In this document: positions 1 through 7,486 of the stretch, piece by piece
Position numbering within the stretch: position 1 is the first letter of the stretch
How the letters are laid out: every line of letters starts with the position of its first letter
Assembly (NCBI GenBank): GCA_021838945.1
Contig: JAKCCH010000002.1
Coordinates: forward strand, 6,441 to 70,440
Length of the DNA: 64,000 nucleotides
Reading direction: 5' to 3'
Source: Actinomycetes bacterium
Lineage (GTDB): Bacteria > Actinomycetota > Acidimicrobiia > Acidimicrobiales > Bog-793
Made by a program: the position numbers and the translations under genes
Notes under the pieces: generated by a model
Databases searched by the model: none
Seen by the model: the letters and a program-made list of their open reading frames with translations, nothing else
Told to the model about the DNA's origin: nothing

Positions 1-197
1 GGCACTGCAGCCGTCGGCGAAGTAGCGGCCTTCGACCCGGAGGGACGGGAGCGACGGCATCAGTGCTCTACCCGCTCCTTTCGACTGTCGTCGTCCGGGT
101 CGAGTCCGAGTACATGGTCGCGACCGTAGTGACCGCGCCGCTGGAAAGGCCGACTTGCAGTTCGACAGCACTCCTTGCACCGGCGCTAACATGTCCC

Positions 198-1289
198 ATG
201 GTCCGTCATCGTGTTGCGGCAGGAGTCGTTCTGGCAGCTGCCTGCCTCGTGACGGCGGCTTGCAGCTCTTCCGGGGGCAGTGCAGGCACCACCGACCGGC
301 GGGGTGGCAGTCCGACGGCGGAGGCCCACGGAACGGCGACCGTCGACTACGCCGGATCGCTCACCGGCCTCATGCAGACGAGCCTCGTCCCCGCCTTCCA
401 GAAGGCGACGGGCGACCAGGTCGTAGGCAAGGGTGCGGGTTCCTCGCTCATCGCCCAGGGCATCCTCGACGGCGAGCTCAGCCCCGGCGTCTTCGTGTCC
501 ATAGGCGAGAAGGCGATCACGTCGTTGTGGCCGGCGCATTCTCATTACGTCCTCGCGTTCGCGACCGATCCCCTCGTCGTCGCCTACTCGGCGAAGAGCG
601 AGTACGCCTCGCAGCTCGACGCCATCCGGTCGGGCCAGCGCCCGCTGAAGGACCTCTTCACACTTATGGAGAAGCCAGGGTTCCGCCTCGCGAGGACTGA
701 TCCCACGGCCGACCCGCAGGGCGCCTTCTTCATCCTCATGGTGCGTCTCGCGCAACGTGAGCTGCACCTGCCGGCGGGCACGGCCGACAGGATCCTCGGG
801 ACGTCGGCCTCCAACCCGATCGGCTCGTCGAGCCAGATCGTCGACGAGGACGCCATCGCGGCGGACATCGCGTCGGGCTCGGTCGACGCAGGGAGCGACT
901 TCGTGACAGAGGCGCGCCAGTTCCACCTCCGCTACATCACCTTGCCGCCCAGCCTCGACTTCGCCTCGCCATCCGACGCGAGCCTCTACGCCACGATGCG
1001 GCTCGATCTCTCCACCGGGCCGTTCACGGGCGGCCTCATCACGCTCACCGAGACCTACGTACTGCCACCGAGCGGCCAGGCGCGCTCGAGCGCCGACGCG
1101 AGCGCCGATGCAGCGTGGCTTGCCTTCATGCTGTCGACGAAGGGCCAGGCGCTGCTCCGGTCCGCCGGCTACCAGCTCGAGAAGCCGGTGCTGCAACTCG
1201 CGCCGGGCGTAGCCTCGGCCTCGGCCGCAATGCCGCCGCCCGTCCTCTCGGCATTCCACCGCCTCGGAGGAACGGTCTCGGGAGCGTGA
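198..1289 (+). CDS. Periplasmic molybdate/tungstate-type oxyanion-binding lipoprotein of an ABC importer (ModA/WtpA-like)
   Basis: In-frame ATG at 198 inside ORF 63..1289 gives MVRHRVAAGVVLAAACLVTAAC, a signal peptide with a lipobox-like Cys. The mature part looks like a family-1 solute-binding protein (YAGSLTGLMQTSLVPAFQKATG). RTDPTADPQGAF resembles the anion-binding loop of WtpA/ModA-type proteins as I recall them. The stop overlaps the next start (GTGA, 1286-1289). Confidence 0.75.
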   Translation: MVRHRVAAGVVLAAACLVTAACSSSGGSAGTTDRRGGSPTAEAHGTATVDYAGSLTGLMQTSLVPAFQKATGDQVVGKGAGSSLIAQGILDGELSPGVFVSIGEKAITSLWPAHSHYVLAFATDPLVVAYSAKSEYASQLDAIRSGQRPLKDLFTLMEKPGFRLARTDPTADPQGAFFILMVRLAQRELHLPAGTADRILGTSASNPIGSSSQIVDEDAIAADIASGSVDAGSDFVTEARQFHLRYITLPPSLDFASPSDASLYATMRLDLSTGPFTGGLITLTETYVLPPSGQARSSADASADAAWLAFMLSTKGQALLRSAGYQLEKPVLQLAPGVASASAAMPPPVLSAFHRLGGTVSGA

Positions 1290-2173
1290 CTGTGGCGATC
1301 CGCCGGGCAGGCACCGCCGCCGCGCTCGCGGGCACCGCCATCTGCTGGGTCCTGCTGCTCGCACCGCTCGCGGAGCTCCTGGCGCACATCTCCGGGCACG
1401 GGATCGCCCACACGCTCACACAGACAGGAAGTCCCGGCTACGGGCCGCTGTGGCGATCGCTCGTCGCCAGCGCCATCGCGCTCGTGCTCATGGTCGCGCT
1501 CGGCACCCCGCTCGCCTACCTGCTCGCCCGTGGACGCCTCCCGTTCCCACGGCTCGTCGAGGCCGGCCTCGTCATCCCGCTCGCCATGCCGCCGCTCGTG
1601 ATCGGGCTGCTACTCATCTTCCTCATCGGACCCGCGTCTCCGATAGGAGGACCGATCGACCGCATCAACCCGAACATCTTCGGGATCAACACGTTCTATG
1701 CCCTCGTCGTCGCCGAGTTCTACGAGGCGGCCCCGTACTACGTCCTCGCCGCTCATGCCGCCTTCTCGACCGTCGAGCGGCGTCTCGAGGAGGAGTCGCT
1801 GCTGCTCGGGGACTCGCCCCTCGCAGCCTTCCGGCGGGTGACGCTGCCCCTCGCCGCTCCGGGTCTCGCCGCTGGACTCTCGATGGCATGGGCCAGGGCG
1901 ATGGGCGCCTTCGGCGCGGTGGTCATCATCGCCTACAACCCGCCCGGCCTGCCGATGGCCATCGACACAGGGCTCCAGGCATTCGGGCTCGACGGCGCGC
2001 TCCCCTACGCCCTCCTGCTCGTCATCGCGGTTCTCCCGCTCCCCATCGTCACGTTGCTCTGGAGCTCGAGGGCCCGGGACGTCGAGGGACGGCACGACGT
2101 ATCGCTCCTGTCCGAAGAGCTTGTCGGCGGGCTGGCAGGGCTGCGGTCCCGCGAACAGCAGGAGACGGCGTGA
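1286..2173 (+). CDS. ABC importer permease (ModB/CysTW-type)
   Basis: GTG at 1286 overlaps the upstream stop. Multi-TM protein with an EAA-loop-like segment EEESLLLGDSPLAAFRRVTLPLAAPGL. The 5' part of ORF 1115..2173 overlaps the binding-protein gene and is discarded. Confidence 0.8.
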   Translation: MTVAIRRAGTAAALAGTAICWVLLLAPLAELLAHISGHGIAHTLTQTGSPGYGPLWRSLVASAIALVLMVALGTPLAYLLARGRLPFPRLVEAGLVIPLAMPPLVIGLLLIFLIGPASPIGGPIDRINPNIFGINTFYALVVAEFYEAAPYYVLAAHAAFSTVERRLEEESLLLGDSPLAAFRRVTLPLAAPGLAAGLSMAWARAMGAFGAVVIIAYNPPGLPMAIDTGLQAFGLDGALPYALLLVIAVLPLPIVTLLWSSRARDVEGRHDVSLLSEELVGGLAGLRSREQQETA

Positions 2174-3321
2174 CGCGGCTCGCAACCGGACTCGGCGCCG
2201 AGCCCGGGCTCGGTCCCCGCCTCGAGTCCGGCCTCGGCCGGGCGACGAGCGGCCGTGGGGCACCGGCTCTCGAGATCGCGGTCACGGTCCCCCGCCGCGG
2301 GTTCAACGTCGCCGTCGACCTCCGCATCGAACCGGGCGAGCGCCTCGCGCTCTTCGGTCCATCGGGAGCTGGCAAGACCACGATCGTCGACGCGGCGGCC
2401 GGTCTCGTCGAACCGGCGGCCGGCGCCGTCCGGCTCGGTGACCTCGTGCTGTCGCGGCCCGCCGCGCTCTCGGGGGCGGCCCGCCGCCGTCTGCGCAGCA
2501 CCCTCGCCGGGACGGCGCCGCCCGCTGCGGCGGTCGACCACGTCTCCGTAGTGCGCCAGCCGCCGGCGCTCTTCCCCCATCTCGACGTCGCTGCGAACGT
2601 CTCGTACGGGCGCTCTGACGAGCAACTCGGTGCGCTGCTCATCGGCAGGCTCGGTCTCGCCCGCCACCGGTCCGCCCGCCCGGCCGAGCTGTCGGGTGGA
2701 CAGGCCCAGAGGGTGGCGTTGGCGAGGGCGCTCGCGCGGCGTTTCTCCGTGCTGCTGCTCGACGAACCGGTCTCGGCGCTCGACGCCGCCACCCGCGCTG
2801 ACTGCTACGAGCTCATCTCGGAGCGATGCGAGGAGGAGGGAGCCATCGCCGTCCTCGTGACCCACGACCTGCACGAGGCACAGGCGTTCGGCAACAGGAT
2901 CGCCGTCATGGACGCAGGATCAGTGCTCGCTGTCGGGGACCCGCACGAGCTCGTGGCGGCTCCACGGATTCGCCGCGTCGCCGAGCTCGTCGGCTACCGC
3001 TCCTTCCTCCGGCTGCGGCCGGCAAGCTCGAGCACCGGGCAGGTGGAGCTGGCGCTGGACGCAACATCTCTCCAACCGTGCGACGTCGCCTCGCCCGACT
3101 CCGCGCTGACTGTTCGCGGGCGCGTCGCGTCATGCCGGCCTGCTGGGGCGAAGTTCCTCCAGAGCGTGCTCGTCCCGGCCGACACTCCAGTGGGCACCAC
3201 TCTCAGTGGTGAGTGGGTCACAGCGCTGACCTGCGAATTGCCGCTTCTGTTGACCTCACCTGTAACTGTGGGTAAGGAAATACTTGCGACTGCACCGACG
3301 CCGCTGGTGGTCGTGACCTAG
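2170..3321 (+). CDS. ABC importer ATPase with C-terminal regulatory-type extension (ModC/WtpC-like)
   Basis: GTG 2170 overlaps the permease stop (GTGA). Motifs: Walker A GPSGAGKT, Q-loop VVRQPPALF, signature LSGGQAQRVALARAL, Walker B LLLDEP, H-loop VTHD. An extra C-terminal domain of about 130 aa is present. The first 240 codons of ORF 1450..3321 are a spurious extension. Confidence 0.8.
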   Translation: MTRLATGLGAEPGLGPRLESGLGRATSGRGAPALEIAVTVPRRGFNVAVDLRIEPGERLALFGPSGAGKTTIVDAAAGLVEPAAGAVRLGDLVLSRPAALSGAARRRLRSTLAGTAPPAAAVDHVSVVRQPPALFPHLDVAANVSYGRSDEQLGALLIGRLGLARHRSARPAELSGGQAQRVALARALARRFSVLLLDEPVSALDAATRADCYELISERCEEEGAIAVLVTHDLHEAQAFGNRIAVMDAGSVLAVGDPHELVAAPRIRRVAELVGYRSFLRLRPASSSTGQVELALDATSLQPCDVASPDSALTVRGRVASCRPAGAKFLQSVLVPADTPVGTTLSGEWVTALTCELPLLLTSPVTVGKEILATAPTPLVVVT

Positions 3322-3351
3322 GCAACGCTCCACCAATGCAGGGAGGCTTTC

Positions 3352-4497
3352 GTGGCTAATGACGCGAAGCGGCAATCAGACGACCGCCTGAGGCTGACAC
3401 GACTCGCCCGCGGGCTGTCTCAGGGAGATCTCGCCCGCACCGCCGGTGTCACCCGGCAGGCCATCTCGGGCATCGAGTCGGGACGATGGTCTCCATCACT
3501 CGATGTGGCGCTGTCGCTCGCGACTGCGCTCGACTCGACCGTCGAGGAGCTCTTCGGATCAGCCGCGGACGCTCCGCCCATCCGGAGTCGCCTCGCCGTG
3601 GCGGCCGACCCCCCTGGATCCGAGAGCGGCGAGGGCCGGCTGATCCTGGCCGAGGTTGCCGGAGATCTCGTGGCGTTCCCGCTGACGGGCGATCACACGA
3701 TGGTGCCCGGCTTCGCGCCCGCGCTGGCGTCGGGTCCGATCGCTGTGGACGGCGCCGACGGTTCGGGTCCCCGGCCACGCTCGGCACGGTCACGTGACAT
3801 CGAGGCTCGCCGGATCGCGGCCCCGACCGCGACGCTGACGGTTGCCGGGTGCGACCCGGCGCTCGCGCTGCTGCTCGGGCCGCTCCAGCGGCACGACCCG
3901 CCGGTGAGCCTGGCGTGGTGGGCGACCTGCAACGCCAACGCGATGGAGCTCCTCGAAGCTGGCGCCATCCACGCCGCCGCCATCCATCGCGGCGCCGAAG
4001 CCCGTACCCGGTCACGTCCCGGGATCGAAGTCGTCGGGTTCGCCGGCTGGCGTGAGGGCCTCGCCTTCCACCCCCGGCACCGCGGGAAGATCCGCGACAT
4101 CGGCGACGTCGTGCGCCTTGGCCTCCGCATCGCCAACCGGGAGCTCGGCGCCGAGTCCAGGCGCCTGCTCGACATCGAGCTCAGCCGGCTGAAGCTCGAG
4201 CCCGCACACGTCAACGGCTACGCGAGCGTCGTGAACGGCCACCTCCTCGCGGCGTCGGCCATAGCCGCCGGGCTCGCCGACGCCTCCATCATCTCCGAGC
4301 CGGCCGCCTTGTCCTACGGTCTCGAGTTCATCCCGTGGCAGGAGGAGCTGTCAGAGCTGCACATCCCCCGTTCGCTCGTGGGCAGCGTCGAGGTCCGGGC
4401 GCTGTTGGACGTGCTCGCCGGCCGCGAGCTCCCGGCACAGCTGGGCGCTCTCGAGGGGTACGACCCGGAGCCCTGCGGGCGAATCCTCGCCGCCTGA
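3352..4497 (+). CDS. One-component regulator: XRE-type HTH fused to a periplasmic-binding-protein-like (molybdate-binding-type) domain
   Basis: GTG 3352 is preceded by GGGAGG 5 nt upstream. The N-terminus LTRLARGLSQGDLARTAGVTRQAISGIESGRWSPSLDVALSLATAL is a classic XRE HTH. The C-terminal 250 aa or so (TLTVAGCDPALALLLGPL...) looks like a PBP-type ligand domain. It sits directly downstream of the Mo/W ABC genes. Confidence 0.7.
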   Translation: MANDAKRQSDDRLRLTRLARGLSQGDLARTAGVTRQAISGIESGRWSPSLDVALSLATALDSTVEELFGSAADAPPIRSRLAVAADPPGSESGEGRLILAEVAGDLVAFPLTGDHTMVPGFAPALASGPIAVDGADGSGPRPRSARSRDIEARRIAAPTATLTVAGCDPALALLLGPLQRHDPPVSLAWWATCNANAMELLEAGAIHAAAIHRGAEARTRSRPGIEVVGFAGWREGLAFHPRHRGKIRDIGDVVRLGLRIANRELGAESRRLLDIELSRLKLEPAHVNGYASVVNGHLLAASAIAAGLADASIISEPAALSYGLEFIPWQEELSELHIPRSLVGSVEVRALLDVLAGRELPAQLGALEGYDPEPCGRILAA

Positions 4498-4511
4498 TGA
4501 GCGGCCATCGC

Positions 4512-4540
4512 AGGCTGACCAGCTGAGTGCTGGCCAGCCT
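4512..4540. terminator. Hairpin between convergent genes (possible bidirectional terminator)
   Basis: AGGCTGACCAGC-tgagt-GCTGGCCAGCCT forms a 12-bp stem with one A-C mismatch and a 5-nt loop. It lies between the stop at 4497 (+) and the stop at 4589 (-). No U-tract. Confidence 0.4.
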
Positions 4541-4588
4541 GCTCCGTCCGTCCGCGCCGGCTCGGGTCGCTAGGCGGGAATCTCAGCG

Positions 4589-5310
4589 CTAGAAGCGCGC
4601 CATCCCGATGGTGTCCGACACGTGGGGCCGGCCGAGCCACTTGGCGGCACCGTAGGCGAAGACCGACCCGTTCTTCTCGACGAGCCAGTAGCCGTCGCCG
4701 AAGGCCGTGGCTGCCATGCCGACGATCGGGGAGGCGAGCTGCTCGTGGGCGGCCGAACCGTGGAACCTGGCGGCTCCGAAACGGAAGACCGACCCGTTGG
4801 CGGCCGCCAGCCAGTAGCCGTTCCCAGCAGTCGTTGTCGCCATGGCGACGATGGCGTACTTGAGGTGCGAGGCCGAGCCGTAGCCCTTGGCGTCTCCGAA
4901 GTGGTAGACGTGGCCGTTCGCCCCGGCCAGCCAGTAACCGCGCCCGTCGGGGGTCGAGGCGATGGCGACGATGTCCTTCACCCGGCGTGCTGAGCCGTAT
5001 CCCTTCGCGTCCCCGTAGTGGAAGACGTGGCCGTTCGCCCCGGCCAGCCAGTAGCCGCGGCCGTCTTCGGTCGTGGCGATCCCGACGATGTCGTCGACCT
5101 TGCTCGTGCGTGCCGAGCCGTAGTACTTCGCGCCCCCGAAGTGGAACACGGCCCCGTTCCGCCCTGCAAGCCAGTATCCCCCGCCGTCGGGCGTCGCGGC
5201 GATCCCGACGACGTCGCTCACCTTGCGTGGCGAGCCGAAGCCGCTCGAGGCGTGGAAGTGCGCGACCGCTCCGTTCGAGCCGGCGATCCAGTAGCCGAGC
5301 GGTGGCGTGA
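4589..5310 (-). repeat. Tandem coding repeats of about 117 bp (the GYWL module)
   Basis: The 27-mer gtggccgttcgccccggccagccagta occurs at 4910-4936 and again at 5027-5053, an offset of 117 nt. Neighbouring units are visibly similar at the DNA level. Confidence 0.7.
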
Positions 5311-7372
5311 AGCTCGAGACGATGGCGCCGCCGAAGCCCGTCGCCCAGCAGCCGTACTTCGTGCAGGAGACACCCGGGGTGCCGTGGGCACGCGAGGGCG
5401 GAACGTCCCTCTTCCACTGGGCTCCGCCGTCGGTCGTGGAGAGAATGAGCGGCGGATGCCCCGGCGCATCGAAGCCTGTGCCGCCGGTCGCCGTGCAATC
5501 CGAGTCGTTCCGGCACGAGACGCTGGGCAGGCCCCAGGTCTCGTTCGTGGGAACCGAGATCGCCGGCGACGGCTGCTTCCACGTGGTGCCGCCGTCGGTC
5601 GTGTACAAGATGCCGGCCACATTGCCCGAGCTCGGGAACCCCGTGATCACGCAGTGCAGGGTGTCGTGGCACGAGACGCCGTGCAGATTCGTGGTGACAG
5701 GGCTCGTCTGGGGGACCCACGTCGACCCACCGTTGGAAGTGTGCAGGACGGTGCTGCGTTCTCCGACGACGACGCAGACACTCGTGGTCGGACAGGAGAC
5801 GCCGTAGAGCGGATCGGATGCGCCGGATGCCTGTGCCGTCCAAACGGCTCCCCCGTCGGTCGTGTGCAGGATGGTCCCGGCGTTCCCGAGGATGAAGCAG
5901 GTGCTCACCGCCGGGCAGGAGACTCCCCACAGTTTCTCGGAGGTCCCCGACGTCTGAGACTTCCAGGTCACCCCGCCGTTCGTGGTGGCAAGGATCACGC
6001 CGGTATTCGCGGTCTTTTCGTAGCCCGTGACGATGCAGTCAGACGTGCTCGCGCACGAGATCGCGTGCAGGGCGCCCGTCCCGGCAGCCCCCTGGTACAC
6101 CTGGAACCAGTGGATGCCGTCCAGCGTCTCGAAGATCACGTCGGCACCGGCACCGCCGTTGATCGGCCCCGCACCGCCGACGGCGAAGCACTGCGTCGGC
6201 GCCGGGCACGAGATGGAGTCGCCCCCGGTCGTGCCGAGTTTGCGCACAAGCGTACGCGGCTCTTTCATCCCCCAGCTCTTCCCGCCGTCGGTCGTGTAGA
6301 GCACATCCGCGCCCGTCGTCGAGTTCACGTGGCTCGTGCCCGCGACGCACCCCGAGGTGCTGTAGCACGCGATCGAAGGGATCGTCGCCGTCGAGCCGGA
6401 CGTCCCTGCCGCCCACAACGTCCCACCGTCAGTCGTGTAGACGATGGCACCTGAGGCGCCCGCGGCCACGCACGAGGTCGTGCTCGCACAGGACACGCCC
6501 CACAGGTCTTGGTTCACGGTCGATGTCTGGGGGCTCCAGGACGAGCCGCCGTCGGTCGTTGCGATCACCGTGCCCGAACTGCCAGTCGCGACGCAGGCGC
6601 TGCGCGTCGGGCACGAGACGGCATACAAGTCGTTGCCGTTGGGCGAGGTCTCGGCACTCCACGACGTGCCGCCGTCAGTGCTCTTCAGCACCGTGCCGCC
6701 GTAGCCCACGGCGAAGCAGGTCGTGGCAGTCGGGCAGGAGGCCCCGGTGAGCTCTTTGGTCGTGCCGGAGGTCGCGACCTTCCACGAGCTTCCGAAGTCC
6801 GTCGTCGTGATGACGAGCCCGCCCAGTCCGACAGCGACGCAGTCGCTGCTCGAGCCGCACGAGACGCCCTTCAGATTTGCCCTGGCCGACGTGAAGACCG
6901 ATGCAGGCATCGTGAGGAAGGACCAGCTGCGCCCACCGTTGGTCGTGCGCACCGCACTCGGCTCCTGTTCGTCCTGCGGTTGGCCCATCTGCGCCCCGAC
7001 TGCGACGCATCGGGAAGACGTTGGGCAGGAGATGCCGTCGAGGCCGTTCTGCATCGGGCCGATGTCTTCCTCGGGGCTCCAGCTCTGCCCTCCGTTGGTC
7101 GTCTTCGCGATCTGGGGGACGGCGCCGAAGGTTCCGCCGACGACCCAGCACGTCTTCGTCCCCTTCACGCAGCTCGACCCGTGGTACTCGTACGGTGTGA
7201 ACCCGACCGGAGCCTGCAGCCGCCAGCTGGTGCTGGCGGTCGTGAGCGCGTTGCCCGACGCCCCGGCGCTCGAGCTCGGTGAACGGAAGAGGGCCGGGAC
7301 CGCCAAGGCCGTCGTCAGTGCAAGCACCGATGTCGGAACCGCGATCAGGAACAGACGTCGAGTCGTGCGCAT
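4589..7372 (-). CDS. Secreted 927-aa two-module repeat protein: Cys-pair Asp-box (BNR/Ycf48-like) beta-propeller repeats plus C-terminal GYWL repeats
   Basis: ATG at 7372 gives MRTTRRLFLIAVPTSVLALTTALAVPALF (signal peptide); the ORF-track start at 7423 is a TTG. There are 13 [ST]-x-[DN]-G-G-x-x-W motifs (TTDGGSSW, TTNGGQSW and similar). Each follows a [VI]SC-x5-7-C-[VF]A.G motif, of which there are 14 Cys pairs. Six C-terminal repeats have the form GYWL(A)G.NG.VF.FG.A...GS. Confidence 0.8.
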   Translation of the reverse strand: MRTTRRLFLIAVPTSVLALTTALAVPALFRSPSSSAGASGNALTTASTSWRLQAPVGFTPYEYHGSSCVKGTKTCWVVGGTFGAVPQIAKTTNGGQSWSPEEDIGPMQNGLDGISCPTSSRCVAVGAQMGQPQDEQEPSAVRTTNGGRSWSFLTMPASVFTSARANLKGVSCGSSSDCVAVGLGGLVITTTDFGSSWKVATSGTTKELTGASCPTATTCFAVGYGGTVLKSTDGGTSWSAETSPNGNDLYAVSCPTRSACVATGSSGTVIATTDGGSSWSPQTSTVNQDLWGVSCASTTSCVAAGASGAIVYTTDGGTLWAAGTSGSTATIPSIACYSTSGCVAGTSHVNSTTGADVLYTTDGGKSWGMKEPRTLVRKLGTTGGDSISCPAPTQCFAVGGAGPINGGAGADVIFETLDGIHWFQVYQGAAGTGALHAISCASTSDCIVTGYEKTANTGVILATTNGGVTWKSQTSGTSEKLWGVSCPAVSTCFILGNAGTILHTTDGGAVWTAQASGASDPLYGVSCPTTSVCVVVGERSTVLHTSNGGSTWVPQTSPVTTNLHGVSCHDTLHCVITGFPSSGNVAGILYTTDGGTTWKQPSPAISVPTNETWGLPSVSCRNDSDCTATGGTGFDAPGHPPLILSTTDGGAQWKRDVPPSRAHGTPGVSCTKYGCWATGFGGAIVSSFTPPLGYWIAGSNGAVAHFHASSGFGSPRKVSDVVGIAATPDGGGYWLAGRNGAVFHFGGAKYYGSARTSKVDDIVGIATTEDGRGYWLAGANGHVFHYGDAKGYGSARRVKDIVAIASTPDGRGYWLAGANGHVYHFGDAKGYGSASHLKYAIVAMATTTAGNGYWLAAANGSVFRFGAARFHGSAAHEQLASPIVGMAATAFGDGYWLVEKNGSVFAYGAAKWLGRPHVSDTIGMARF

Positions 7373-7486
7373 GGGCGGACGATAGTCCGGTCCAGCTGGC
7401 GCTGCACCGATGGTTCGGCGCAACGCCGCGTGAGAAAGGGTCGCGCGCCGGATTGCGCGGCCTCTGCCGTGTTGCGGCGACCTCGA

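Noticed and set aside
1-60. Minus-strand ATG at 58-60 opening an ORF (MPSLPSLRVEGRYFADGCSA...) that runs off the left edge.
   Set aside because: Only 20 codons are visible, which is too little to assign a function or even to be sure it is a gene. I mention it only as the likely divergent neighbour of the Mo/W operon.
1450-2169. N-terminal extensions of track ORFs: 1450..2169, 1115..1285, 29766..30686, 31391..32293, 37959..38207, 41271..41552, 49243..50328, 53780..54286, 7373..7423.
   Set aside because: The extensions overlap the upstream gene or are Arg-rich. Recognisable homology begins at an internal start with an SD or an ATGA/GTGA overlap. The start at 7423 is a TTG ahead of a good ATG plus signal peptide.
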